64,000 nucleotides of DNA from Saprospiraceae bacterium (GTDB lineage Bacteria > Bacteroidota > Bacteroidia > Chitinophagales > Saprospiraceae). The DNA lies in NCBI GenBank assembly GCA_040080915.1, contig JBEBHD010000001.1, positions 83 to 64,082 on the forward strand, read 5' to 3'. Shown piece after piece: positions 31,089-40,532 of the stretch (within the stretch, counting starts at the first letter, position 1; each line of letters opens with the position of its first letter). The notes under the pieces are model-generated. The model had not been told where the DNA came from. It did no database searches and was given only the letters and a program-made list of their open reading frames with translations. A program made the translations under genes and the position numbers.

Positions 31089-31377
31089 GCGCGAGACCTT
31101 CCGGGTTTTCAAAACCTACGGTATGTACACAAGTTCGCCTAAAACGTCAACCTTCCGCCGCGCTGTGAAAACACCAAGCGCGGCGGAATATTCGACCTCT
31201 CCGAGGTCGGCAACCGTTGTTTAAGTGATTTTTTTAAACAGAAAAGCGTAGCCCTTGTGTATCGTTTTTTGCAGGAAACGCAGGTCTGACTGCTAATCGG
31301 CGGCGCTGAGAATGGTTTGGGCGTGGATGTAAACCAGCAATATGCCGGAGAAGAGGAGCGTCAGTAGGTGTTTCATG

Positions 31378-31869
31378 GTGGGCGCTCTCACCGCTACCGA
31401 CGGCTGCGGCGCGGCAACGGTTTCTTATCTCGGTCAAACCACCGTCAGCGGCACCTGCCCGACCAGTTACCAGATCCGCCGCACGTGGCGTGTCACCAAT
31501 GCCTGCGGCAACAGCACGGCGGCCACACAGACCATCTTGGTCTCGGACAGTGGAGTGCCGGTGTTCATCTTCGTGCCCGGCCCACTCACCATCGAATGTA
31601 CCGACTTCCCGCCGCCGTTGGTGAACCCCACGGCCTCGGATGCCTGCGGCGGATACGTACACATCACCTTCCTCGGCAACGAGGCCACGGGCAGTGACTG
31701 CGCGGCAGACTACACCATCACCCGCACCTGGCGTGCCGCATACCGGCGGTGGAGGATTTGAAACTGTCTGTCAGCCTGCGCGAGGCGGGCGCTGCGGCGG
31801 GGGTTTACACGGTGAGCGTGCATGGCAAACAGGTCGTGGCTACCGACCGGGTCGTGTTGGTGGAGCGAG
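31378..31869 (+). pseudogene. Decayed 3' fragment of a HYR-repeat/T9SS cargo gene (paralog of 38938-39671)
   Basis: 31378-31740 translates to ..TATDGCGAATVSYLGQTTVSGTCPTSYQIRRTWRVTNACGNSTAATQTI... The DNA is nearly identical to 38938-39080 of cargo 2. An internal deletion and frame change then lead to the sorting-domain remnant LKLSVSLREAGAAAGVYTVSVHGKQVVATDRVVLVE. No N-terminus or signal peptide is present. The paralogs' terminal TGA reads CGA here. Confidence 0.7.
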
Positions 31870-33615
31870 ATGCTACCTTTGCGTCCCATGCGACATCTCC
31901 TCTTTTTTGCCCTGCTCGCGCCGTTTTTATTTCCACCCCGTTTGGGCTTTGCCCAACGGGGTGGAAATTTTTTGCCAGCCGAAAGCCTTGACTCCCAGTC
32001 GAGCCGTCTGCTCAACGCATACCTGCACGAGCCGGATAGCGCTGATGCGAGGATCATAGCCTTGGTCGCCGAATCCGAGCGGTATTTGAAAAAGCAGGAC
32101 AACCTCACAGCGCTCAACCACCTGCTCATGGCCCTCATTCTGGAGGCTTATGCGGGGGGATGCTGCACCTATGCCAGTTACCGCCTCAACCAGCGCTTGG
32201 GTGCTGTTTTGTCTGACATGAACCCGCCTCAAGCCTTGACCCACCTAAAAAAAGCCGTGGCCTTGAGCAGCGCCTTTTCTGCGGGACAGGCTGCCGAGAG
32301 TAGGTTTCAAATGATGGGGACTGTAGCAGGGCTGCATCATCTGTTGGCCGAGCCGGACAGCGCCTTGTGCTGGCACAGAAATGCGATTGGCGAGGCATCC
32401 TCTTTACTAAAAAACATCGCCGAGGCCTCTGCGCTGAACAACCTCGGTGTCCATTTTGCCAACTGTCAGCGCTACGACAGCGCCATGTTCTACTACCGTC
32501 TGGCGCTGCGTACGCTGGGGCCGATGGAAAACAACAGGGTGCTTTTTTGCAGCATCCGCGACAACATAGCCCAAGAGCGCGAACGCCAGGGCGACGTTGC
32601 TTACGCCTACGGCATTTACCGGTTCAACGATTCGGTGTTCGTCCGGCACAACAAGTGGGTTCGTGTGGTGCCCAACCGCATTCGCCTGCTAACGGCTGCC
32701 CGAAAACTGAGCCGCCCGGACTTCGGACAGGAGCTGGAAAATCTGGGCCGTTTCGTGGCCGAAAATCGCAGCAGCGTGCTGGTGCGGGATCAGTTGGCGT
32801 TCTACCGATTTGCTGAAAACCATTACCTCGAGGCCGGGCCTGTCGAGGCGGCGCGGCACTACGACCGCTTGTACGCCACCATAAAAGACAGTCTGGAGCA
32901 ACGGGCCAAGGAGCAGGCCGACTTGATCGCCGCCGCGTTTTTGAGGGTGCAGACCATTCGTTTTCAACGCGATGCGGACGTTTACCGGCTGGAGTCTGAA
33001 ACGGCGCAGCAGGCCCTGCGATTTACCCGACAAATGACGGTGGTCTTGGTTTTGGCCGGAGTTGTCGGCACCGGACTGCTGATCTTGTTCGTGCGCAAGC
33101 GCAAGCGCGAGCTCGATTTGGCGTACCGCCTCACCAGCGCCGAACTTCGGGCCAAAGAACTGGAGGCAAGAGCAATGACACAGGCCTTGGAGGTTCAGAA
33201 ACGCGATATTACTACGGTCGCGCTGCACAATACGCAGGTGCTGGACAACCGCCGCCAGGTTATTGAGCGCCTGACGGAGATCGCCCGGCAGAAGAAAAAT
33301 GCCGAAGAATCTCTACGGGCATTCATAACAGAACTGCAAACCCAAGAGCAGGTGGGCGACCGCGCCCGCCTTGTGCAGGAAAACATAGACCGGGCGAATA
33401 CCGAATTTTACCGGACGCTGTCGGCCCGTTTTCCCGCCCTGTCCAAATCCGAAGTGGAGTTGTGCGGATACCTGCGTGTCAACTTGTCGAGTAAGGATAT
33501 TGCCGCCTTGAAAAACGTAGCACCTGCTTCCGTCAAGATGAGCAAGAACCGCTTGCGCAAAAAACTATACTTAGGGCCGGAGGCGGATTTGTATGCCTTC
33601 ATGCATAAGATTTAG
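31870..33615 (+). CDS. Membrane-anchored TPR-like sensor with C-terminal LuxR-type HTH (one-component regulator)
   Basis: N-terminal signal/TM (MRHLLFFALLAPFLFPP). TPR-like helical repeats. Internal TM (MTVVLVLAGVVGTGLLILFV). Coiled-coil region. C-terminal LSKSEVELCGYLRVNLSSKDIAALKNVAPASVKMSKNRLRKKL, resembling a LuxR/GerE HTH. Start 31870, with an alternative at 31888. Confidence 0.7.
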   Translation: MLPLRPMRHLLFFALLAPFLFPPRLGFAQRGGNFLPAESLDSQSSRLLNAYLHEPDSADARIIALVAESERYLKKQDNLTALNHLLMALILEAYAGGCCTYASYRLNQRLGAVLSDMNPPQALTHLKKAVALSSAFSAGQAAESRFQMMGTVAGLHHLLAEPDSALCWHRNAIGEASSLLKNIAEASALNNLGVHFANCQRYDSAMFYYRLALRTLGPMENNRVLFCSIRDNIAQERERQGDVAYAYGIYRFNDSVFVRHNKWVRVVPNRIRLLTAARKLSRPDFGQELENLGRFVAENRSSVLVRDQLAFYRFAENHYLEAGPVEAARHYDRLYATIKDSLEQRAKEQADLIAAAFLRVQTIRFQRDADVYRLESETAQQALRFTRQMTVVLVLAGVVGTGLLILFVRKRKRELDLAYRLTSAELRAKELEARAMTQALEVQKRDITTVALHNTQVLDNRRQVIERLTEIARQKKNAEESLRAFITELQTQEQVGDRARLVQENIDRANTEFYRTLSARFPALSKSEVELCGYLRVNLSSKDIAALKNVAPASVKMSKNRLRKKLYLGPEADLYAFMHKI

Positions 33616-33711
33616 CAGTTTGTAATCCATTTGTAACCCCTCCCGTTCCACCTTTTCGTACAGAGGTTCATGACTTTTGCAGCATTGAACATTGTCTAAT
33701 AATTCAATCTC

Positions 33712-36700
33712 ATGCAAAAGCACAGCACCCTTCGCATGCTGGCCCTCGCGGCTGGCCTCTCCCTGATTGTTTCTACTATTTCGGCGCAAGCCCCCCAGGC
33801 TATTCCCTACCAGGCCGTGGCTCGCAACGCGGCGGGCAACCTGCTGCAAAACCAAACCGTGGGTGTGCGTTTTACCATCCACGATGGTACCGCCACAGGA
33901 ACGGTGGTTTATCAGGAAACCCACAACACGGCGACCAACCAACTGGGGCTTTTCAGCCTCAACATCGGCTCGGGAACAGTCGTGTCCGGCTCCTTCGCGG
34001 GCATCAACTGGGGCATCAGTAGCAAGTTTGCCCAAGTGGAAATAGACCCTGCGGGCGGTATGTCCTTCGTGGACATGGGCACGGTGCAAATGCTCAGCGT
34101 GCCATACGCGCTGTACGCAGCCAGCAGCGGCAGTGCCGTCACAGAAAACGATCCAAAGGTGGGTTCTTCTTCCACCAACTACCTCCCGAAATGGAACGGT
34201 ACGACGTTGGTGGACGGACAGATTTTTGACGACGGCACGAACGTGGGCATCGGTACTACCTCGCCCAGCCAAAAATTGGACGTGAGCGGCACCACCAAAA
34301 CCACCAATTTCCAGATGACCGACGGTGCTACCGACGGTTATGTGCTGCAAAGCGACGCGAGCGGCAACGCTACTTGGGTAGCCCCGAGCAGCGTGTTCTC
34401 CGACACCGATACCGACGGCCAAAATCTTTCGCTCTCCGGTGTCACGCTGAGTATTGATAATGGCAATTCGGTGGATCTCTCCGGTTTGGCTGACAACCTC
34501 GGCAACCATACCGCCACCCAAAACCTTCAAACCAATGGAAATTGGCTGAGCAATGACGGTGACAACGAGGGCGTGTTTATCAAAACCGATGGCAAAGTGG
34601 GCATTGCGACCAATGACCCGGCGACGGAATTGCACGTAAAAGATGGCGATACGCCAACGCTCCGCATGGAGCAAAACGGCGGCTCTTTTTCACCTTATAT
34701 CTGGGACATCGGTGCCAACGAAGCCAATTTCTTTGTGCGCGACCTGACGTTTGGTGGCGACAAACTGCCTTTCCGCATTTTCCCCGGCAACAACTCCAAC
34801 CGAATAGCCATCAAGAGCAACAACGTCGGCATTGGCACCACCAGCCCGGCTTCCCTACTCGACGTGAACGGGACCACCAAAACCATCGGTTTCCAGATGC
34901 CTACTGGCGCGGGCGCGGGCCTCGTGCTGCAAAGCGACGCGAGCGGCAATGCCACTTGGGTAGCGCCCACCGGCCTTTCCGTCACCGAGACCGACCCACA
35001 GGTGAGTTCATCTGCGACCAACTATGTACCGAAGTGGAACGGCACGGCACTGACCGACGGCTTGCTGTTCGACAACGGCACCAACATCGGCATCGGCACT
35101 ACCTCACCCGGTGCCCTCTTGGATATTCAAGCCGCTACACTGGCACGGCTCAACCTGCAAAGTAATCTTTTCAGCAGTTATCTGCGCCTGACCTCGCCCG
35201 GCTCTGGCGACAACAGCAGAGAGTCAGCCATTGAAGCATCGAGTTATGTGAGCGGCACCGCCTACAAGCGCTGGCTTTTTGGAAAAGGCTCCGGCAACGA
35301 AATAGGGGGCAATGCAGGCTCCGACTTTTTCCTCAACCGCTACGACGACAACGGTAATTACTTGGGCCAGCCATTGGTCATCCGGCGCAGCACCGGCTTC
35401 GTCAGTGTCGGCCATGCCGATCCTCAAACCCAACTGGACGTGAGCGGCACCACCAAAACCACCAATTTCCAAATGACCAACGGCGCAACCAGCGGCTATG
35501 TCCTGCAAAGCGATGCCAGCGGAAACGCCTCGTGGGTGGCTGCGACCAGCCTTTCCGTCACGGAAAACGACCCGCAGGTGAGTTCCAGCACGACTAACCG
35601 CGTCCCGCGCTGGACGGGCAGCACGCTGAGCGACGGGACGATGTTTGACAATGGCACCAACGTCGGTATCGGCACCACTTCGCCCGCCAGCAAATTGGAC
35701 GTGGAAGGCGGTCTCGCCGTTGGCAGCACCTATTCCGGCCTTTTTCCCGCGCCGACCGACGGGGCCATTATTCAAGGCACCGTCGGCATTGGCACGTCTA
35801 CCCCCATCAATAAATTGGACGTGGAAGGCAACCTTGCCATCGGAAACAATTACTCCGGCACGTCTTCCGCGCCGAGCAACGGGGCTATTATTCAAGGCAG
35901 CGTCGGCATCGGCACCAATTCGCCCGCCAACAAATTGGACGTGGAAGGCAGCCTTGCCATTGGCATCAACTACTCCGGCACGACCGCTGCGCCCTCCAAC
36001 GGAGCCATCATTGAGGGCAACGTCGGCATCGGCACGTCCTCGCCCAGCCAAAAGTTGGATGTCAGCGGCACCACCAAAACCACCAATTTCCAAATGACAA
36101 ATGGCGCAGCCAACGGCTATGTACTGCAAAGCGACGCGAGCGGCAACGCCTCATGGGTCGCGCCCGCAACGCTCACAACAGCCGCACCAGCCCAAATCCA
36201 AGATGCCGATGCAGACACCAAAATCCAAGTGGAAGAAAGCAGCAACGAGAACAAAATCCGCTTCGACCTCGGGGGCACGGAGCGCTGGGTGATGCAAGGT
36301 GCCCGCTTGGAGTCGAACAATAGCGGGCACTCCGTCTTCATAGGAGAAGGCGCCGGCGCGAATGACAATCTAACCGACAATCAAAATGTTTTCTTGGGCT
36401 ATCTCACCGGCGCTGCAAATACCACTGGCTTCAATAATGTGGCAATAGGCACAGGCGCTTTGAATGCCAATACAACAGGCAATAACAATACAATGATTGG
36501 GAGTTTTGCTGGGAATAGTACAACAGGCTCTGGCAACGTGTTCATCGGTGCTGGGGCAGGAGTAAATGAATCAGGCAGCGACAAACTGTACATAACTAAC
36601 ACGATTACGACCACCCCACTCATTGATGGCGACTTTGCCCTCAGCCAGCTCAAGATCAATGGCAACCTCGTCATTGATGGCAGCGTATCTCAAAACATCG

Positions 36701-37398
36701 GCGGCTACGGCTACATCAACAAAAGCGGCAACACCGGCACCTCCTCCGGCACGCACGACTACTCCATCTACGCCAGCGACCGCATCGCAGGTTCCGAGTT
36801 CAACGCCCACTCCGATGCCCGCATCAAGCACGTGCGCGGCCGCAGCGACAACGCCGCCGACCTCGAAACCTTGATGCAGTTGAAAATCACCGACTACACC
36901 CTGATTGACACGGTGGCAAAAGGCACAAAGCCCTACAAAAAAGTCATCGCCCAAGAGGTCGAGCAGGCCTACCCGCAGGCCGTTTCGACCATCCCTGGCG
37001 TGACGGTGCCAGACATTTACCGCCTGAGCAAAATCGAGGGCGGCTTTGTTGCTTTGGAAAATTCAAACCTGAAACCCGGCGAGCGCGTCAAACTCATTTT
37101 TGGGGAAAAACAAGACATCGCCGAGGTCACGGCGGTGTCCGAAAAAGGGTTCCAGACCAAATTGACCGCTGAAAACGGCCAGGTCTTCGTGTTTGGCCGC
37201 GAGGTATCCGACTTCCGCACGGTGGATTACGAGGCACTTTCGATGCTCAACATCTCCGCGACGCAGGAATTGGTGAAAACCATCGCCCGCCAGAACGAGA
37301 CCATCAGCGCACTAAAATCGGAGATCTCGAGCATGAAAAACGACATTCAACTCATCAAAGCGGCTTTGCAAAAGGGCGCAACGACAACGGAGAAATAG
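33712..37398 (+). CDS. Tail-fibre-like secreted protein with C-terminal peptidase S74 (intramolecular chaperone of endosialidase/tail spike) domain
   Basis: Signal peptide MQKHSTLRMLALAAGLSLIVSTISAQA. Four copies of the module GIGTTSPxxKLDVSGTTKTTNFQMTxGAxxGYVLQSDASGNAxWVA. Three GIGTxxPxNKLDVEGxLAIG units. Near the C-terminus EFNAHSDARIKHVRGRS...LMQLKITDYTLID...KKVIAQEVEQAYPQAVS (S74-like), followed by a terminal coiled coil. Confidence 0.8.
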   Translation: MQKHSTLRMLALAAGLSLIVSTISAQAPQAIPYQAVARNAAGNLLQNQTVGVRFTIHDGTATGTVVYQETHNTATNQLGLFSLNIGSGTVVSGSFAGINWGISSKFAQVEIDPAGGMSFVDMGTVQMLSVPYALYAASSGSAVTENDPKVGSSSTNYLPKWNGTTLVDGQIFDDGTNVGIGTTSPSQKLDVSGTTKTTNFQMTDGATDGYVLQSDASGNATWVAPSSVFSDTDTDGQNLSLSGVTLSIDNGNSVDLSGLADNLGNHTATQNLQTNGNWLSNDGDNEGVFIKTDGKVGIATNDPATELHVKDGDTPTLRMEQNGGSFSPYIWDIGANEANFFVRDLTFGGDKLPFRIFPGNNSNRIAIKSNNVGIGTTSPASLLDVNGTTKTIGFQMPTGAGAGLVLQSDASGNATWVAPTGLSVTETDPQVSSSATNYVPKWNGTALTDGLLFDNGTNIGIGTTSPGALLDIQAATLARLNLQSNLFSSYLRLTSPGSGDNSRESAIEASSYVSGTAYKRWLFGKGSGNEIGGNAGSDFFLNRYDDNGNYLGQPLVIRRSTGFVSVGHADPQTQLDVSGTTKTTNFQMTNGATSGYVLQSDASGNASWVAATSLSVTENDPQVSSSTTNRVPRWTGSTLSDGTMFDNGTNVGIGTTSPASKLDVEGGLAVGSTYSGLFPAPTDGAIIQGTVGIGTSTPINKLDVEGNLAIGNNYSGTSSAPSNGAIIQGSVGIGTNSPANKLDVEGSLAIGINYSGTTAAPSNGAIIEGNVGIGTSSPSQKLDVSGTTKTTNFQMTNGAANGYVLQSDASGNASWVAPATLTTAAPAQIQDADADTKIQVEESSNENKIRFDLGGTERWVMQGARLESNNSGHSVFIGEGAGANDNLTDNQNVFLGYLTGAANTTGFNNVAIGTGALNANTTGNNNTMIGSFAGNSTTGSGNVFIGAGAGVNESGSDKLYITNTITTTPLIDGDFALSQLKINGNLVIDGSVSQNIGGYGYINKSGNTGTSSGTHDYSIYASDRIAGSEFNAHSDARIKHVRGRSDNAADLETLMQLKITDYTLIDTVAKGTKPYKKVIAQEVEQAYPQAVSTIPGVTVPDIYRLSKIEGGFVALENSNLKPGERVKLIFGEKQDIAEVTAVSEKGFQTKLTAENGQVFVFGREVSDFRTVDYEALSMLNISATQELVKTIARQNETISALKSEISSMKNDIQLIKAALQKGATTTEK

Positions 37399-37406
37399 CC
37401 TTTTTT

Positions 37407-39671
37407 ATGAAAAAAATACGCTTCACCGGCCTCTTCGCCCTCCTTGCGCTGGCCGCCTCCGCCCAAACGCTCGCTCCAAAAGTCACCTCAACAGCGGGCG
37501 GCTCTGTGAGCAGCGGCGGCGTTTCGTTGTCGTTCACCATCGGCGAAACCCTCACGCCCACGTTTTTGGCCGCAGGCCAAACACTCACGCAAGGCCAGCA
37601 ACAGCCCGAAATAGACCTGCTCACCGCCAGCGCTACGGGCGACCTGTGCCCCGGCGGTCAATTGGAAGTGGCCTATTCGGCCACGGGCTTCGTGGCCGCC
37701 GCCAATGTGTTCACCCTGCAGTTGAGCGATGGCGGCGGCAGTTTCGCCGCCCCGCTTGCGCTCGGCACACTGAACGGCACGGTGGGCGGCAGTTTTGTCG
37801 TCACCATTCCGAACGGCTCCTACCCCGGCTCGGGCTACCGGGTGCGGGTCGTGAGCAGTCACCCGGTTTTTGCGGGCACCGAAAAGCCGATCGCCGTTTG
37901 CACCTGTACCATGCCAGTCGCCACCTGCAAACCTGCCTCCCTCGGGCTGAATGCCGCTGGCCAGGCCGCACTGACCGTGGCCGACATCAACGACGGCAGC
38001 GCGTTCGGTTGTGGACTGCAAGCGATAAGCGCGTCACTTACCGCGTTGACCTGCGCCCATCTGGGGCCAAACCCCGTGGTGCTGACGATTACTGATGTGC
38101 ATAATCAGGTATCCACCTGTACCACTACGGTCGCCGTTTTCGATCTGCTTGTCCCCGTGATCTCGTGCCCGGGTGCTGTCACCGTCAGTTGTTCGGCCAA
38201 CGTACCTGCCGTCAGCCTGGCTGCCGTCACGGCCACGGACAACTGTGGCGCACCGGTGAAATCGCACGTCGGTGATGGTGTCAGCAACCAGACTTGCGCC
38301 AACCGCAAAACCATCACCCGCACCTACCAGGCCACCGATGGCTCTGGCAACAGCAACATTTGCGCCCAGGTGATCACCGTGTACGATTCTACCTTGCCGG
38401 TATTTACCAGCATGCCAGCCAATGTGACGGTGCAGTGCAGCAGCATCCCGGCCGTGGGTACGCCTTCCGCTTCCGACGGCTGCGGTGGCTCCGTCTCCGT
38501 CGCCTACAATGGACAAACCACTGCTGCAGGCACCTGCCCCGACTCCTACTTGCTTACCCGCCAGTGGACGGCCACCGATGTCTGCGGCAATACCAAAACC
38601 GCCACCCAACGCATTTCGGTCATTGATACGCAGCAACCGAATTTCACCGGTACACCAGCCAACGTGACGGTGCAGTGCGATGCCGTGCCGAGTCCGGCCA
38701 CACCTTCGGCTACCGATAATTGCGACACTGCGGTTGCTATCACCTACAACGGTCAAACGCAAACAACCGGCACCTGCACCAACGCATACGCCCTGACCCG
38801 CCGCTGGACCGCCACCGACAACTGCGGCAATACCCGCAGCATTTCCCAGCGCATCACCGTGGTGGACAACGGCAAGCCGACCTTCACCACTTTCCCGGCC
38901 AACGCCACTGTTTCCTGCACTGACCCGATCCCGACCGTGGGCGCTCCCACCGCTACCGACGGCTGCGGCGCGGCAACGGTTACTTATCTCGGTCAGACCA
39001 CCATCAGCGGCACCTGCCCGACCAGTTACCAGATCCGCCGCACGTGGCGGGCCACCGATGCCTGCGGCAACAGCACTGCAGCAACGCAAACGATTCAGGT
39101 TTCGGACACCGGGGCACCGATGTTTACCTCCGTTCCCGGCCCGCTTACCATCGAATGCACCGAGACCATCCCAACGCTCGTCAACCCCACCGCCACGGAT
39201 GCCTGCGGCGGCTACGCTTTCATCACATTCCTCGGGCAAGTGGCCAGCGGCTGCTCGGCAGACTACACCATCACCCGTACCTGGCAGGCTTCGGATTTGT
39301 GCGGAAATACGGCTACGACGACGCAATTGATCACGGTGTTGGGGAACAACTTCGAGGAAGAAGGTGCGGAAAACCGTGCAAGCGGACCACCTGGTCGGAC
39401 GACTGGAGGTCGCCCGACGAATCTGGTGCTACAGCCCAATCCGACAACTGACCAAATTATACTCGACCTGACGGACTTTTCCGGCGAAGCAGTGACAGTT
39501 TCGATACACAGCGATCTGGGTAAATTGATTTGGGAACGCCGCATACCAACGGTAGAGGACTTGAAACAGCCGGTGAGCATGCGCGAAGCGGGCGCTGCGG
39601 CGGGGGGGTATACCGTCAGCGTGCGCTCGACGAGCGGGGTAGTGGCGAAGCGGGTGGTGTTGGCAGAGTAG
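37407..39671 (+). CDS. T9SS cargo protein 2: Ig-like N-terminal region + HYR-like repeat stalk + T9SS type-A sorting domain
   Basis: Signal peptide MKKIRFTGLFALLALAASAQ. Starts 8 nt after the tail-fibre-like gene stop. From about 38150, the same five-module TATDxCGN stalk as the other cargo genes. C-terminal LQPNPTTDQIILDL...GGYTVSVRS...VVLAE. Confidence 0.8.
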   Translation: MKKIRFTGLFALLALAASAQTLAPKVTSTAGGSVSSGGVSLSFTIGETLTPTFLAAGQTLTQGQQQPEIDLLTASATGDLCPGGQLEVAYSATGFVAAANVFTLQLSDGGGSFAAPLALGTLNGTVGGSFVVTIPNGSYPGSGYRVRVVSSHPVFAGTEKPIAVCTCTMPVATCKPASLGLNAAGQAALTVADINDGSAFGCGLQAISASLTALTCAHLGPNPVVLTITDVHNQVSTCTTTVAVFDLLVPVISCPGAVTVSCSANVPAVSLAAVTATDNCGAPVKSHVGDGVSNQTCANRKTITRTYQATDGSGNSNICAQVITVYDSTLPVFTSMPANVTVQCSSIPAVGTPSASDGCGGSVSVAYNGQTTAAGTCPDSYLLTRQWTATDVCGNTKTATQRISVIDTQQPNFTGTPANVTVQCDAVPSPATPSATDNCDTAVAITYNGQTQTTGTCTNAYALTRRWTATDNCGNTRSISQRITVVDNGKPTFTTFPANATVSCTDPIPTVGAPTATDGCGAATVTYLGQTTISGTCPTSYQIRRTWRATDACGNSTAATQTIQVSDTGAPMFTSVPGPLTIECTETIPTLVNPTATDACGGYAFITFLGQVASGCSADYTITRTWQASDLCGNTATTTQLITVLGNNFEEEGAENRASGPPGRTTGGRPTNLVLQPNPTTDQIILDLTDFSGEAVTVSIHSDLGKLIWERRIPTVEDLKQPVSMREAGAAAGGYTVSVRSTSGVVAKRVVLAE

Positions 39672-39682
39672 GTGCGCGCCTT

Positions 39683-39730
39683 GCGGCCGTATGGGGACGT
39701 GACCCGTCTGCGCCTCCATACGGCCGTTTT
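39683..39730 (+). terminator. Candidate intrinsic terminator between convergent genes
   Basis: An 11-bp perfect stem (cggccgtatgg, 39684-39694, pairing with ccatacggccg, 39716-39726) followed by TTTT. The loop is long at 21 nt, hence moderate confidence. Confidence 0.45.
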
Positions 39731-39737
39731 GGGGCAC

Positions 39738-40532
39738 TTAGAAATCTCCTCCGAGCATGGCCACGAAATCATCTTTTTTTCGGCGAGAGATTTCCACTTT
39801 CGAGCCATCGCTCATTTCGACATAACCGCCGTCGGTTTTTATGTAGCGGCGCAGGTGGGCGAGGTTGATGATATGCGAATGGTGTACACGGCAAAAATTT
39901 TGCTTTTCGAGAACGGCCTCGTATTCGCCCATCGTGCGCGACACGACCACTTTGTCGTGGTTGGCTAAATAGAATGTCGTGTAGTTGGAGTCCGATTGAA
40001 GCCGAACAATGTCGGCCACCAGCACGAACATCAATCCGTCTCCAAGTGGCAGGGCAATCCGTTGAGGTTCCGGTTTTTGTACCTGCTGGAAGAGCCGTTC
40101 CAGTGCGCTGAAATCCGTTAGTGCTGCTGCCCGCTGCTGGCGTACTTTTCTGACGGCAGCCTCCAGTTCGTCAAGGTCTATGGGCTTCAACAGGTAATCG
40201 GCCGCCGACACTTTGAAGGCCTGCAGCGCGTATTGGTCGTAGGCGGTGGTGAAAATGACGGCGCAGTTAAATTTGCCGAGTTTTTCAAGCAATTCAAAAC
40301 CGGTCATGTGCGGCATCTGGATATCGAGGAACAGCAAATCGGGCTGCCGTTCCCGGATGAGTTCCAGGCCCTGGTTCGGGTCGTTGGCAACAGCCATTAC
40401 CTCCACGTCGGGGCTGGTCATGCGGAGCATATTGGTGAGGGCTTCGGTGGCGTTGGGTTCGTCGTCTACAAGTATGGCAGTCATGATCGGTGTTGGTTTG
40501 ATTTGTTTGTTGATGTGTTGCTTCGGCTTCAT
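39738..40532 (-). CDS. LytR/AlgR-family response regulator (REC + LytTR DNA-binding domain)
   Basis: ILVDDEPNATEAL...DLLFLDIQMPHMTGFELL...VIFTTAYDQYALQAFKVSAADYLLKP, then a LytTR-like C-terminus (VRLQSDSNYTTFYL...HHSHIINLAHL). The start at 40532 overlaps the kinase stop by 4 nt (ATGA). Alternative ATG at 40484 (MTAILVDDEP). Confidence 0.9.
   Translation of the reverse strand: MKPKQHINKQIKPTPIMTAILVDDEPNATEALTNMLRMTSPDVEVMAVANDPNQGLELIRERQPDLLFLDIQMPHMTGFELLEKLGKFNCAVIFTTAYDQYALQAFKVSAADYLLKPIDLDELEAAVRKVRQQRAAALTDFSALERLFQQVQKPEPQRIALPLGDGLMFVLVADIVRLQSDSNYTTFYLANHDKVVVSRTMGEYEAVLEKQNFCRVHHSHIINLAHLRRYIKTDGGYVEMSDGSKVEISRRKKDDFVAMLGGDF

Noticed and set aside
33712-39671. Prophage or phage-tail-like locus, inferred from the tail-fibre/S74 gene
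   Set aside because: The window contains no capsid, terminase, portal, baseplate, sheath, lysis or integrase genes. The neighbours are a cellular regulator and a T9SS cargo gene. I treat it as a domesticated fibre-like protein.
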